Positions 52,943-63,589 of a stretch of DNA of 64,000 bases are shown here, in pieces. A program made the translations under genes and the position numbers. The first letter of the stretch is position 1, and each line of letters opens with the position of its first letter. This DNA comes from Spirochaetaceae bacterium (lineage in GTDB: Bacteria; Myxococcota_A; UBA9160; UBA4427), in assembly GCA_020632655.1 (NCBI GenBank), contig JACKFD010000001.1, positions 611,492 to 675,491 of the forward strand. The letters are read 5' to 3'. Below the pieces are notes generated by a model. That model was not told where the DNA came from. It did no database searches and worked only from the letters and a program-made list of their open reading frames with translations.

Positions 52943-53547
52943 GTCAATCCTCCGGGTTCGATCCCGAGCATCGAACGGCGCGGTGACCGCCACCGTGAAT
53001 CGCTTCACACGGGACCGTGAATCCCGCCGCGTCGAAGAGACAGCTGGACTCGCCATTCTCTTCCGCTGGCGGAAGCGCTGCTCGAAGCGCTCATCCGCCA
53101 GGATCAGATCGATGGCCCCGACCTCGCGGTCTCCCGCGGCCGATCCCGTCTCGGGATCCCGCCAGGTCGCGAGGGGCGGCGCAGGTCTTCCCTCGACGCC
53201 TCCGGCTCCGAGATCTTCTCGCCCACGGATCGCCTCGCAGACATCGGGTCGACCGCCCGATCCGGGGCGGTCGCCGGACGGAGCGGGTGCGATGTCGACG
53301 AGGCATGAGGCACGCGGTGCTCCGTCTTCGACCGGGGGCGAGGACGCCGCCGAAGCGGCGCTCCGCGTCGTCCATCGGCGGGCGACGCCCGATGCGTGCG
53401 TCCGGTCGGCAGCCCGTGGGCAGCGCGGCCGCTCGCGAGGCCTCTCTGCGCGTCCCGCCGCCTCAAGTCGTCCCGGCCCCCGGTCGAAGACGGAGCACGT
53501 CGTGCCCCGGGGTCGGACCCGCCGGGCCGAGACGGTGGGGGAGACAC

Positions 53548-54195
53548 GTGTCGGGCGGCGTCGAGACGACCCAACTCCAGGTGAACCGCTCCTACCAGCG
53601 CGTCTTCGCGGATGGCGAGACCATCTTCGACGAGGGCGACGAGGGGCTCGACCTCTACGTGATCCAATCCGGTCGTGTGGAGATCAGTCGGAGTGGTGCG
53701 GGACCCGAGGACGCGAGGCGACTCGTCGCGCGGCTGGGCCCGGGTGATTTCTTCGGCGAGATGAGCGTGGTGCTCGGAGAGCACCGCACGGCCCGCGCCG
53801 TCGCCCTCGGCGAGACCACGCTCCTCGAGCTCGACGGCGAGACCCTCGAGACGATGTGCATGGAGCAGCCGGAGATCGCCATCCGGATGATCCAGCGTCT
53901 CGCCACGCGCCTGATCACGGCCGAACGCAAGCTCGCCGCCCTCGGGCTCGACGAGCTGGTGGGACCGCTGGTCCGCTACCTCGTGTCCTTGATGGACGAG
54001 TCGGGCGACGAGCTACGCGTCGAGACCTCGCTCCGTCAGCTCTCCGTCGGCAGCGAGCTCTCGCTCGTCGAGACGCACGAGGCGCTGCACCAGCTGATGG
54101 ACCAGAAGCTGGTGCGACTGGACGGACAGGCGCTGATCGCGCCCGATCGCGCGGCGCTCGCGTCCGCCCTGACCCGACTCGCCCGCGCCAGCTGA
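53548..54195 (+). CDS. Crp/Fnr-like cyclic-nucleotide-binding regulator
   Basis: cNMP barrel (FADGETIFDEGDEGLDLYVIQSGRVEI...GDFFGEMSVVLGEHRTARAVA) and a C-terminal winged-helix-like segment. GTG at 53548. Confidence 0.75.
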   Translation: MSGGVETTQLQVNRSYQRVFADGETIFDEGDEGLDLYVIQSGRVEISRSGAGPEDARRLVARLGPGDFFGEMSVVLGEHRTARAVALGETTLLELDGETLETMCMEQPEIAIRMIQRLATRLITAERKLAALGLDELVGPLVRYLVSLMDESGDELRVETSLRQLSVGSELSLVETHEALHQLMDQKLVRLDGQALIAPDRAALASALTRLARAS

Positions 54196-54285
54196 GCCGG
54201 GCGCGGGCCCGACGACCCGTGCGGCGCTTTGGCCAGCGTCCTGCGCCTCAGGTAGCGTCCCGCCGTTCCGTCGAGCGGGGGGCGC

Positions 54286-56694
54286 GTGGCACGAGCGGCC
54301 ACCAGGATCGCAGCGTGGCTCGTGGCCATCGGATGCCTCGTGGCGCACGCTGCGGGGGCGGCTCCGCGCGCGTCGATCGATGCGCCCTTCGAGATCACGG
54401 CCGACGTGATCCGCTACGACGACGAGCAGGAGCTCTACGTCGCCGAACGGCACGTGCGCGTCGTGCAGGCCGACCGAAGCCTGAAGGCGCGTTGGGTGGC
54501 GTTCAGCACCGCCACCCGGATCGGCGTGGCCGAGGGCGACGTCGACCTGGTCGATGGTCCGGATCGGCTCCAGGCCGACTTCATGGTCTTCGACATCGAT
54601 TCGCTCCAGGGCATGCTCTTCCAGGGCGAGTTCGATTCCGGGAGCGAAGGCTTCCGCGTGCGCGCCCGCGAGATGATCCGCACCGGGCGCGACACCTTCC
54701 GCGTGCGGAAGGGCGTGTTCTCCACCTGTCGTTGCGAGCCGGGCAAGCGGCTGCCGTGGCAGATCCGCTCGTCGCGCGCCGACGTCGAGGTCGGCGGCTA
54801 CGGCACGGTCCGCAACTCGACCTTCGAGGTGCTGGGCGTACCCGTGCTCTGGATCCCCTGGGCGTTCTTCCCGGTCAAGAGCGAACGCGAGACCGGACTC
54901 CTGCTCCCGGAGTTCGCCTTCGGCGGGCGGGGTGGCCCGAATTTCGGATTGCCCTTCTTCTGGGCCGCCCATCCGCAGGTGAACCTGACGCTCACGCCCC
55001 GCTACTTCACCCAGCGTGGCTACAAGCAGGATGCCGAGCTCGAGTACGTCTTCGGCGAGCGTTCCGAGGGCCGGCTCTTCGTCGCCGGGCTGCGGGATCG
55101 ACAGGAGGCGCCGGGCGACAGCTACGACGAGAACCGCTGGGCCGTGCTCTGGGACCACGACCATTGGCTGCCGGGGGACCTGCGCTGGCACACGGATCTG
55201 AACCTGGTCTCGGACAACCTCTACTCCGACGACTTCCTCGAGATGAACCAGTTCCGCGCCTTCCGCTTCATCGAATCGACCACGAACGTCGCGCGCAGCT
55301 TCGGATCCTCGGGCGGCTATGGGGCGATGATCGGTGCGCGTTATGCCGACGATGCGCAGGGGCCGACGTTCCGGGATCGGGACGAGTACATCCTGCAGCG
55401 CTTCGCGGAGGCGCGCGGCGACGTGCAGCCGGGCACACTGCCGAGGCCGCTGGGTCTCGACCTCCGGGTCGACAGCGAGCTCGTCTATTTCGGCTGGCTG
55501 CGCGGGCCGATCTCGGAGCGGCTCACGATGGAGGACCCCGGCACGCCGCTGCTCACCTCCTTCCGCCGGGTCGACGATGGGCGCTTCTTCGACATCGGCT
55601 TCGACGGGCGATTGATCGGCGGGACGACCGGCGGACAGGGTGATGGCATCTACCAGCCGGGCGAGCCCCTCGACGAGCAGGGCACGCGGCTGCTGCTGCA
55701 TCCGCGGCTGGCAAGGCCCTTCCATCTGGGCCGCGTCGTCGAGGTGGTACCCGAGGTGGGCTGGCAGCAGGCGCTCTACCAGAGCAATCGGCACGACTTC
55801 TCGGAGCGCGGGCTGCTGACGGGTCGCCTCGAGATGCGCGGTCGCCTCGAACGCGACTTCGCCTTCGGCGATGGGGGTCGTGCGCTGCGGCACGTCATCG
55901 AGCCCCGGCTGGGCTGGGCCCTCGTGTCCCATCGCCGCCAGCGCAGCAATCCGATGTTCGTCCCGCGCGGCTCGATCGAGCAGCTGCGCCTGCGCACGCT
56001 CAGCCTCGAGAACGTCACCCGCAATCCGTCGGATCGGACCGAGAGCGCGAACCAGATCGTCTTCGCGCTCGGACAGCGCTTCTTCTCCCGCAGTCACGCC
56101 GGCGCCGTGCCCCGCTTGCGGGCGGATGTCGTCACGGCGATCGACTGGGACTTCGCCGAGAGCGAGGGGCTCGGGAACCTGGTCCTCGAGAGCCGGCTCT
56201 TCCCGATCGGCCCGCTCTCCTCACGTCTGCGCGGCGTCTTCGATCCGGAGTCGGCGCTGGTCGAGGCGGGCGAGGCCGAGCTGGAGCTGCAGCTGCCGTC
56301 GCCTTTCGCATGGCTGCGGCATGCGACCCTCGCGAGTCGCTATCGCTACCTGCGGCGGGCGCCGCAATTCTTCGAGAGCTTCCGGGGTGAGACCGGACAG
56401 CCGCGCAACGGCGACGCCGTGCTGAACCAGATCGACGTGACGAGCCGCGTCGAGCTCGCCGCGCGGATCCGTCTCAGCTACTCGACCGTCTACTCGATCA
56501 ACGCCGGCAAGTTCCTGCGCAACCGCGGCGGCGTCGAGTACGCCTCGAAGTGCCGCTGCTGGGGGATCGGCGTCTTCGTGCAGCAGGAGCTCCGGCAGGG
56601 CTGGGGGGGCGGCCTCGAGCTGCGCTTCCTCGGGCTCGGGGACGACTCGACCAACCTCTTCGATACGGGATTCGGAGCGGGTGTGAACCTGTGA
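54286..56694 (+). CDS. lptD: LPS-assembly outer membrane protein LptD
   Basis: Signal peptide, an OstA-like N-terminal domain (ITADVIRYDDEQELYVAERHVRV), and a large C-terminal beta-barrel with aromatic-rich strands. 802 aa. Confidence 0.85.
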   Translation: MARAATRIAAWLVAIGCLVAHAAGAAPRASIDAPFEITADVIRYDDEQELYVAERHVRVVQADRSLKARWVAFSTATRIGVAEGDVDLVDGPDRLQADFMVFDIDSLQGMLFQGEFDSGSEGFRVRAREMIRTGRDTFRVRKGVFSTCRCEPGKRLPWQIRSSRADVEVGGYGTVRNSTFEVLGVPVLWIPWAFFPVKSERETGLLLPEFAFGGRGGPNFGLPFFWAAHPQVNLTLTPRYFTQRGYKQDAELEYVFGERSEGRLFVAGLRDRQEAPGDSYDENRWAVLWDHDHWLPGDLRWHTDLNLVSDNLYSDDFLEMNQFRAFRFIESTTNVARSFGSSGGYGAMIGARYADDAQGPTFRDRDEYILQRFAEARGDVQPGTLPRPLGLDLRVDSELVYFGWLRGPISERLTMEDPGTPLLTSFRRVDDGRFFDIGFDGRLIGGTTGGQGDGIYQPGEPLDEQGTRLLLHPRLARPFHLGRVVEVVPEVGWQQALYQSNRHDFSERGLLTGRLEMRGRLERDFAFGDGGRALRHVIEPRLGWALVSHRRQRSNPMFVPRGSIEQLRLRTLSLENVTRNPSDRTESANQIVFALGQRFFSRSHAGAVPRLRADVVTAIDWDFAESEGLGNLVLESRLFPIGPLSSRLRGVFDPESALVEAGEAELELQLPSPFAWLRHATLASRYRYLRRAPQFFESFRGETGQPRNGDAVLNQIDVTSRVELAARIRLSYSTVYSINAGKFLRNRGGVEYASKCRCWGIGVFVQQELRQGWGGGLELRFLGLGDDSTNLFDTGFGAGVNL

Positions 56695-56837
56695 GGCGCC
56701 CGGGCGGGCGGCGCCGGGGCATCAGGCTGCGCCCCGCCTTGCTCGGCCTCCCTCAAGGGCCTAAAGTCAAAGGGATTTTCGCCGCCCCCAATGGCCGGCC
56801 GAGCGCCGCAGCGCGTCTCGTCGGCCAAGAGACCACC

Positions 56838-58325
56838 GTGCTCCGCACATCGCCCGAGCAGTTCGAGACGCTCGCCCGCCAGGGAAAGCACGTCCCCGTC
56901 GTGCGGGAGATCCTGGCCGATCTCGACACCCCGCTCTCGCTCTTCCGCAAGATCGACGATGGCCGGACGGCCTTCCTGCTCGAGTCCGTCGAGGGCGGCG
57001 AGAAGTGGGCCCGGTACAGCTTCCTCGGCGTCGGCGCGCGGGCGTGCTTCCGGGCCCGGGGGCGTCGGGTCGAGTGGATCGAGAACGGCGCCTGCGAATC
57101 GATCGAGGCGACGGGGGATCCGCTCGAGGTGCTGCGCGAGCGGCTGCGGGCCTTCGAGGCCGTGACGCCCGAGGACCCCGAGCTGCCGCGCTTCGTCGGC
57201 GGCGCCGTCGGCATGATCGGCTACGACTGGGTCCGTTTCGTGGAGGCGATCCCCGATACGAATCCGGACCGGGTCGGTCTGCCCGATGCCTTCTTCGTGC
57301 TGCCCGAGCACGTGCTCGTCTACGACAACGTGCGACACACGGCGCTCGTCGTCGTGCATGCCAGCGTCGAGCCGGGCGCCTCGGCCCGGGCCGCCTATGA
57401 CGAGGCCTGCGAGAGGATCGAGCGGATGGTCGAGCGCATCCGCACGCCGCTCGCCGCCGAGCCGCGCCGGCCCGCGGTGCACGCGCCGATGGACGTGGTG
57501 CGCAGCATGAGCGAGTCGGAGTTCCACGACGTCGTCAAGCGCGCCAAGGAATACATCGAGGCGGGCGACATCTTCCAGGTCGTGCTCGCCCAGCAATTCC
57601 AGCTGCCGCTCCAGGTCGACGCCTTCTCGATCTACCGGCATCTGCGTGTGATCAACCCGAGTCCCTACATGTTCTTCATCCGCATGGACGACGCGGTGAT
57701 GGTGGGCTCCTCGCCGGAGATCCTGGTGCGGCTCGAAGGCGATCGGATCGACGTGCGACCGATCGCGGGCACGCGCTGGCGCGGGGAGACGCCCGAGGAG
57801 GACAAGCAGCTCGAGCGGGACCTGCTCGCCGACCCGAAGGAGCGCGCCGAGCACCTGATGCTCGTCGACCTCGGCCGCAACGACGTCGGTCGCGTGGCGC
57901 GGATCGGCAGCGTCGAGGTCGACGAGTACGCCGTCGTCGAGCGTTACTCCCACGTCATGCACATCGTCTCGAACGTGCATGGCGAGCTGCGCCCCGGCCT
58001 CGACTGGCTCGACGTGCTGCGCGCGACCTTTCCCGCCGGCACCCTGTCCGGCGCGCCGAAGGTCCGCGCGATGGAGATCATCGACGAGCTCGAGACCGTG
58101 CGACGCGGCTTCTTCGGCGGCTGCGCGGGCTACCTCGACTACTCGGGCAACATGGACATGGCGATCACGATCCGCACGATGGTCGCGAAGGACGGGCGGA
58201 TCACGCTCCAGGCCGGCGCCGGGGTCGTGGCGGACTCCGTGCCCGAGTACGAGTTCCAGGAGACCATCAACAAGGCCCGGGCCGTGCTCACGGCCATCGA
58301 CCTCGCTCGCGAGGGGATGGACTGA
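56838..58325 (+). CDS. trpE: Anthranilate synthase component I
   Basis: LLESVEGGEKWARYSF, and the C-terminal chorismate-binding motifs GTLSGAPKVRAMEII and GGCAGYLDYSGNMD. Confidence 0.92.
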   Translation: MLRTSPEQFETLARQGKHVPVVREILADLDTPLSLFRKIDDGRTAFLLESVEGGEKWARYSFLGVGARACFRARGRRVEWIENGACESIEATGDPLEVLRERLRAFEAVTPEDPELPRFVGGAVGMIGYDWVRFVEAIPDTNPDRVGLPDAFFVLPEHVLVYDNVRHTALVVVHASVEPGASARAAYDEACERIERMVERIRTPLAAEPRRPAVHAPMDVVRSMSESEFHDVVKRAKEYIEAGDIFQVVLAQQFQLPLQVDAFSIYRHLRVINPSPYMFFIRMDDAVMVGSSPEILVRLEGDRIDVRPIAGTRWRGETPEEDKQLERDLLADPKERAEHLMLVDLGRNDVGRVARIGSVEVDEYAVVERYSHVMHIVSNVHGELRPGLDWLDVLRATFPAGTLSGAPKVRAMEIIDELETVRRGFFGGCAGYLDYSGNMDMAITIRTMVAKDGRITLQAGAGVVADSVPEYEFQETINKARAVLTAIDLAREGMD

Positions 58326-58352
58326 GGACGACCGGAGGCGATTGGGAAGACG

Positions 58353-58943
58353 ATGCGCCTGTTGATGATCGACAACTACGACTCGTTCACGTACAACCTC
58401 GTGCAGTACCTGGGCGAGCTCGGGGCGGAGGTCGACGTCGTGCGCAACGACGCGGCCAGCGTCGACGCGCTGCTCGAGCGGGCCTGCGACGGGCTGGTCG
58501 TGTCGCCCGGGCCCGGCACGCCGGACGACGCCGGCGTCTCGGTCGAGTCGATCCGCCGCTTCGGCGAGGCGGGCATTCCGGTCTTCGGCGTGTGCCTCGG
58601 TCACCAGTCGATCGGTCGCGCCTTCGGCGGTCGGATCGTGCGCGCCCGCTCGATCATGCACGGCAAGCTCTCGACCATCACCCACGATGGTCGGGGCGTC
58701 TTCGAGGGCATCCGGCAGGGCTTCGAGGCGACCCGCTACCACTCCCTCGTGATCGAGGAGGCGAGCCTGCCCGACGTGCTCGAGATCTCCGCCCGGACGG
58801 ACGATCGGGAGATCATGGGCGTGCGCCACGTGTCGCTCCCGATCGAGGGCGTCCAGTTCCATCCCGAGTCGATCATGACCGGGGAGGGGAAGGCACTGCT
58901 CGGGAACTTCCTGGCCCGCTGTCGCGCCGGGGCGGGGCGATGA
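58353..58943 (+). CDS. trpG: Anthranilate synthase component II (glutamine amidotransferase)
   Basis: MIDNYDSFTYNLVQYL, GVCLGHQ (catalytic Cys), QFHPES. Confidence 0.92.
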   Translation: MRLLMIDNYDSFTYNLVQYLGELGAEVDVVRNDAASVDALLERACDGLVVSPGPGTPDDAGVSVESIRRFGEAGIPVFGVCLGHQSIGRAFGGRIVRARSIMHGKLSTITHDGRGVFEGIRQGFEATRYHSLVIEEASLPDVLEISARTDDREIMGVRHVSLPIEGVQFHPESIMTGEGKALLGNFLARCRAGAGR

Positions 58944-60031
58944 GCGAGCTCCGGCGGGCGATCGCCGACGTCGTCGCGGGCCGCGTCCTCGATCCCGAGT
59001 GCCTCGGGCGGGCCTTCGGCGAGATCATGGACGGGGAGGCGTCGCCGGCGGCGGCCGCGGGCCTGCTGGTCGCGCTGCGCATGCGCGGCGAGACCGTCGA
59101 CGAGATCGTCGCCGTGGCGAAGGCGCTCCGGGCGCGGGCGACGACCGTCCGCGTGCGCGACCCACGTGTGATCGACACCTGCGGCACGGGCGGGTCGGGG
59201 CTCGACACCTTCAACGTCTCGACGACGGCGGCCTTGGTCGTCGCGGGATGCGGCGTCTCCGTCGCCAAGCATGGCAACCGGGCGGCCACGAGCCGGGCCG
59301 GCAGCTTCGACGTGCTCGAGGCGCTGGGCATCCGGATCGACCTGCCGATCGAGACCTGCGGTCGGATCCTTGACGAGATCGGGATCGCGCCCTTCTTCGC
59401 GCGCACGGCCCATCCCGCCTTCCGACACGTGGCTCCGGTGCGTGCAGAGCTCGGCGTGCGCACGCTGCTCAACTGCCTCGGTCCGCTGCTCTCCCCCGTC
59501 GGTGCGCGCTACCAGGTCGTCGGCGTCTACTCACCGGACCTCGTCGAGCCGCTCGCCGGTGCGCTGGCGCGACTCGGGGCGGAGCGGGCGCTCGTCGTCC
59601 ACGGCGAGGATGGGATGGACGAGCTGACGACGACCGGTCGCAGCCGGGCGGCGCTCGTGGGCGACGGTCGTGTCGCGGCCTTCGAGGTCGATCCCGCGGC
59701 ACTCGGACTGGAACGTTCGACGCTCGCGGCCCTCGCCGGCGGCGGACCCGCAGAGAATGCCGCGATCCTGCGCCGGCTGCTCGATGGCGAACGCGGCCCG
59801 CGCCGGGACATCGTCCTGCTGAACGCGGCGGCCGCGCTCTGGGTCGTCGAAGCGGTCGATTCGCTCGAGGCCGGACTCGTCCGGGCCGCACGCAGCATCG
59901 ACGAAGGCGCAGCGCGCGCGAAGCTCGAGGCGCTGGTCCGCGCCACGGCCGAGGCCGGCGCGCGACTCGATGCCGGCGCCCAGGCGAGCGACGGAAACGC
60001 GTCCCTGCGCGCGGAGGCGCGGCCGGCATGA
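58940..60031 (+). CDS. trpD: Anthranilate phosphoribosyltransferase
   Basis: DTCGTGGSGLDTFNVST and KHGNRA motifs. The ATG overlaps the trpG stop. Confidence 0.92.
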   Translation: MSELRRAIADVVAGRVLDPECLGRAFGEIMDGEASPAAAAGLLVALRMRGETVDEIVAVAKALRARATTVRVRDPRVIDTCGTGGSGLDTFNVSTTAALVVAGCGVSVAKHGNRAATSRAGSFDVLEALGIRIDLPIETCGRILDEIGIAPFFARTAHPAFRHVAPVRAELGVRTLLNCLGPLLSPVGARYQVVGVYSPDLVEPLAGALARLGAERALVVHGEDGMDELTTTGRSRAALVGDGRVAAFEVDPAALGLERSTLAALAGGGPAENAAILRRLLDGERGPRRDIVLLNAAAALWVVEAVDSLEAGLVRAARSIDEGAARAKLEALVRATAEAGARLDAGAQASDGNASLRAEARPA

Positions 60032-60828
60032 CGATCCTGGACGAGATCCTCGCCCACAAGCGCGTCGAGCTCGAAGCGGCGCGGGCGCGCGAGAGCGACC
60101 ACGTGCTGGCCGCTCGCGCCGCGGCCGTCGACGGCCGACCCCGCGGCTTCCGGCAGGCGCTCGCCGAGGCCGCGGGCATCGCCGTCATCGCCGAGATCAA
60201 GCGGCGCTCGCCCAGCAAGGGGCTGATCCGCGAGGACTTCGATCCGGTCGCGATCGCGCGGTCCTACGTCGAGGCGGGGGCGGCCTGCCTCTCCGTGTTG
60301 ACCGACGAGCGCTTCTTCGGGGGCTCGCTCGAGATCCTCGCGAAGGTGCGCGCGGCGGTCGATCGGCCCTTGTTGCGCAAGGACTTCGTGATCGACGCCT
60401 ACCAGATCGACGAGGCTCGCGTGGTGGGGGCCGACTGCGTGCTGCTGATCGTCGCGGCGCTCGACGACGTCGAGCTGACTCGCCTCCATGCGTATGCGAG
60501 GGCACGCGGTCTCGACGTCCTCGTCGAGGTACACGACGAAGGGGAGCTCGATCGCGCACTCGCGGTGGATGCCGACCTCGTGGGCGTGAACAACCGCGAT
60601 CTCCGCACCTTCGAGGTGGACCTCGCGACGACGGAGCGGATCGCTGCGCGACTCGCCGCGAGTGGCCGCGCCGACGACGTGCTGCTCGTCGCGGAGAGCG
60701 GCATTCGGGACGCCGCGGACGTGGCCCGGCTCGCCCGGGCCGGCGCCGCCGGCTTTCTCGTGGGAGAATCCCTGATGCGCCAGCCCGATCCGGGGCGGGC
60801 GCTCGAAGCGCTACGGAGGCCATCGTGA
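60028..60828 (+). CDS. trpC: Indole-3-glycerol-phosphate synthase
   Basis: IAEIKRRSPSKG, LSVLTDERFFGG, KDFVIDAYQI. The start overlaps the trpD stop. Confidence 0.92.
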   Translation: MTILDEILAHKRVELEAARARESDHVLAARAAAVDGRPRGFRQALAEAAGIAVIAEIKRRSPSKGLIREDFDPVAIARSYVEAGAACLSVLTDERFFGGSLEILAKVRAAVDRPLLRKDFVIDAYQIDEARVVGADCVLLIVAALDDVELTRLHAYARARGLDVLVEVHDEGELDRALAVDADLVGVNNRDLRTFEVDLATTERIAARLAASGRADDVLLVAESGIRDAADVARLARAGAAGFLVGESLMRQPDPGRALEALRRPS

Positions 60829-61487
60829 CGGGAAGCGTCCGGATCAAGATCTGTGGAGTGATGACGCCCGAGGATGCCGTGGCCGCGGTCGAGGCGGGCG
60901 CGGATCTGATCGGCATCAACTTCGTTTCGGGCTCGCCCCGCGAGGTGGACCCGAAGCTCGCCCTCGAGATCTGTCAGGCGGTCGAGGGCTATGAGGTCGA
61001 GCGGGTGGCGCTCTTCCGCGACGCCGCCTGGGACAAGATCGACGGCATCCTGCGGCGCGTGCCCTTCGAGCGCGTCCAGTTCCACGGCGACGAGACGGAG
61101 GAGGAGGTCGAGGCGGTCGACCTGCCGACGATCAAGGCGATCCGCGGCGCGGATCAGGAGGCGGCCGAGACCTACCCGGGATCGATCCTGCTCCTCGACC
61201 ACCCCCATCAGGGCGGAGGCCAGGGCCAGGCCTGGGACTGGCGCGAGGCCGAGTCGCTGATCGCAAACGGCTACGACGTGATCATCGCCGGCGGCCTCAC
61301 ACCCGAGAACGTGGCGAGCGCACTGGCGGACGTGGGCGAGATCCCGCCGTGGGGTGTCGACGTCGCGACGGGCATCGAGGGGCCCGGTCGTCGCAAGGAT
61401 CCGCAGAAGATGCGCGCCTTCGTCGAGGCGGTGCGTCGACGCGAGGAAGCGATCGAGGCGGCGAAGGAGTCGGGGGAGGGCGCTTGA
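60825..61487 (+). CDS. trpF: Phosphoribosylanthranilate isomerase
   Basis: IKICGV...GADLIGINF...QFHGDE...LLDH...AGGLTPENV. The GTG overlaps the trpC stop. Confidence 0.88.
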   Translation: MTGSVRIKICGVMTPEDAVAAVEAGADLIGINFVSGSPREVDPKLALEICQAVEGYEVERVALFRDAAWDKIDGILRRVPFERVQFHGDETEEEVEAVDLPTIKAIRGADQEAAETYPGSILLLDHPHQGGGQGQAWDWREAESLIANGYDVIIAGGLTPENVASALADVGEIPPWGVDVATGIEGPGRRKDPQKMRAFVEAVRRREEAIEAAKESGEGA

Positions 61488-62689
61488 AGAGCGAAGCCGA
61501 CGAGCGGGGCATGTTCGGTCAGTACGGCGGCCGCTTCGTCCCCGAGATGTTGATCAGTGCACTCGACGAGCTGGTCGAGGCGTCCGAGCGGATCCTCGCG
61601 GATCCCGCCTTCCGGGCGGAGCTCGACGCGTTGTTGCGGGACTACGCCGGCCGGCCCACGCCGCTCACCTACGCGAAGCGTCTGACCGAGCAGCTCGGCG
61701 GGGCGAAGGTCTACCTCAAGCGCGAGGACCTCGCGCATACCGGTGCGCACAAGATCAACAACGTGCTGGGGCAGGCGCTGCTCGCCCGGTACATGGGCAA
61801 GACGCGGATCATCGCCGAGACCGGCGCCGGTCAGCACGGCGTGGCGTCGGCGACGGCGGCCGCGCTGCTCGGCCTCGAGTGCGACGTCTACATGGGCGCC
61901 GAGGACGTGCGGCGGCAGGCCTTGAACGTGTTCCGGATGGAGCTGCTCGGCGCGCGCTGCATCCCGGTCACGAGCGGGTCGCAGACGCTCAAGGACGCGA
62001 TCAACGAGGCGATGCGCGATTGGGTCACGAACGTCGAGCACACCTACTACTGCATCGGCTCCGTGATGGGGCCGCATCCCTATCCGACGATGGTGCGGAA
62101 CTTCCAGCGCGTGATCGGGCTCGAGGCCCGCAGCCAGATCCTCGCGGTCGAGGGGCGGCTGCCCGACGTGCTGGTCGCCTGCGTGGGTGGCGGATCGAAT
62201 GCGATCGGACTCTTCCATCCCTTCGTCGAGGACGAGGGCGTGCGGATGATCGGCGTCGAGCCCGGCGGCGAGGGCCTGCAGTCGGGCCGCCATGGTGCCA
62301 CGATCACGGCGGGGGTCCCGGGGATCTTCCACGGCAAGCGCACGCTCGTGCTCTCGGACGACGACGGACAGATCTTCCCGGCGCACTCGATCTCGGCGGG
62401 CCTCGACTATCCCGGCGTCGGGCCGGAGCATGCCCATCTCAAGGACATCGGTCGCGCCGAGTACGTCGTGGCGACCGACGACGAGGCGCTCGAAGCCTTC
62501 CAGCGCCTGTCGCGCACGGAGGGCATCATCCCGGCGCTCGAGAGCTCGCACGCGATCGCCCACGTCCTGAAGCTGGCGCCGACCCTGCCGAAGGACGCGA
62601 TCGTGCTGGTGAACCTCTCGGGCCGGGGCGACAAGGACGTCGACGAGGTGCGCTCGATCCTCGCCGCCCGCGAGCGCGAGGCGCACTGA
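61484..62689 (+). CDS. trpB: Tryptophan synthase beta chain
   Basis: [26 protein letters not shown] (PLP Lys), [11 protein letters not shown] at 61484 overlaps the trpF stop (alternative ATG at 61511). Confidence 0.93.
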   Translation: MKSEADERGMFGQYGGRFVPEMLISALDELVEASERILADPAFRAELDALLRDYAGRPTPLTYAKRLTEQLGGAKVYLKREDLAHTGAHKINNVLGQALLARYMGKTRIIAETGAGQHGVASATAAALLGLECDVYMGAEDVRRQALNVFRMELLGARCIPVTSGSQTLKDAINEAMRDWVTNVEHTYYCIGSVMGPHPYPTMVRNFQRVIGLEARSQILAVEGRLPDVLVACVGGGSNAIGLFHPFVEDEGVRMIGVEPGGEGLQSGRHGATITAGVPGIFHGKRTLVLSDDDGQIFPAHSISAGLDYPGVGPEHAHLKDIGRAEYVVATDDEALEAFQRLSRTEGIIPALESSHAIAHVLKLAPTLPKDAIVLVNLSGRGDKDVDEVRSILAAREREAH

Positions 62690-62791
62690 CACGATGCGCG
62701 GGCGGGCGCTCGGCTCGCCCGGATCACGCGGCGCGTCCCTCTACGGACGTGCAGGGGCGGTCGATCACGACTCGGCCGGGGAGTTCCAGAC

Positions 62792-63589
62792 TTGGGTCGC
62801 ATCCACGATCACTTCGAGAAGCTGCGCGCGAAGGGCGAGAAGGCGCTCGTCCCCTTCCTGACTGCCGGCGATCCCGATCTCGAGACGACCGAGGCCCTCG
62901 TGCTGGCGATGGTCGAGGCGGGCGCGGACGTGATCGAGCTCGGCGTGCCCTTCTCCGACCCGACGGCCGAGGGGCCGACGATCCAGCGGTCGAGCGCGCG
63001 AGCCCTGGCGCGGGGGACCAGCCTGCGTGCGATCCTGCGGCTCGTGGATCGGCTGCGACCGAAGGTCGACGTGCCCCTCGTCCTGATGGGCTACGCCAAC
63101 CCGATCCATGCCATGGGCGGGAAGGCCTTCGCGACGGCGGCGGCCGAGGTCGGCGTCGACGGCATCATCATCCCGGACCTGACACCGGAGGACGGCAAGC
63201 CCTGGCTCGACCCCTGCCGCGAGGCCGGGATCGATCCGATCCTGCTCGCCTCGCCCACCACGCGCCCCGAGCGGCTGGCGATGCTCGTCCGCGAGACTCG
63301 CGGATTCCTCTACTACGTGTCGCTACAGGGGGTGACGGGCGCCCGATCGGCGCTCGCCCGGGGCATCGAGGAGAAGGTCCGCCTCGCGCAGTCCCTCGGC
63401 GACGTTCCGGTCTGCGTCGGCTTCGGTGTCGGGACGCCCGAGCATGCCGCGACGATCGGCGCCTTCGCCGACGGCGTCGTGGTCGGCAGCGCGATCGTCG
63501 ATCGCATCGAGGCTGCGGCGTCGAAGGAGGCCGCGGTCGAGGACGTCGCGCGCTTCGTCGCCTCGCTCAAGGCGCCGCTTCGCGGCTGA
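62792..63589 (+). CDS. trpA: Tryptophan synthase alpha chain
   Basis: ALVPFLTAGDPD, IELGVPFSDPTAEGPTIQ, GFGVGTPE. Confidence 0.92.
   Translation: MGRIHDHFEKLRAKGEKALVPFLTAGDPDLETTEALVLAMVEAGADVIELGVPFSDPTAEGPTIQRSSARALARGTSLRAILRLVDRLRPKVDVPLVLMGYANPIHAMGGKAFATAAAEVGVDGIIIPDLTPEDGKPWLDPCREAGIDPILLASPTTRPERLAMLVRETRGFLYYVSLQGVTGARSALARGIEEKVRLAQSLGDVPVCVGFGVGTPEHAATIGAFADGVVVGSAIVDRIEAAASKEAAVEDVARFVASLKAPLRG

Noticed and set aside
56695-56837. trp attenuator leader peptide
   Set aside because: There is no short ORF with Trp codons. The only ORF starting here (56791) is a 124-aa out-of-frame read into trpE without Trp.
54013-58862. 694-aa and 790-aa minus-strand ORFs antisense to lptD and trpE/trpG
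   Set aside because: They show the same high-GC antisense artefact pattern, and the plus-strand genes are certain.
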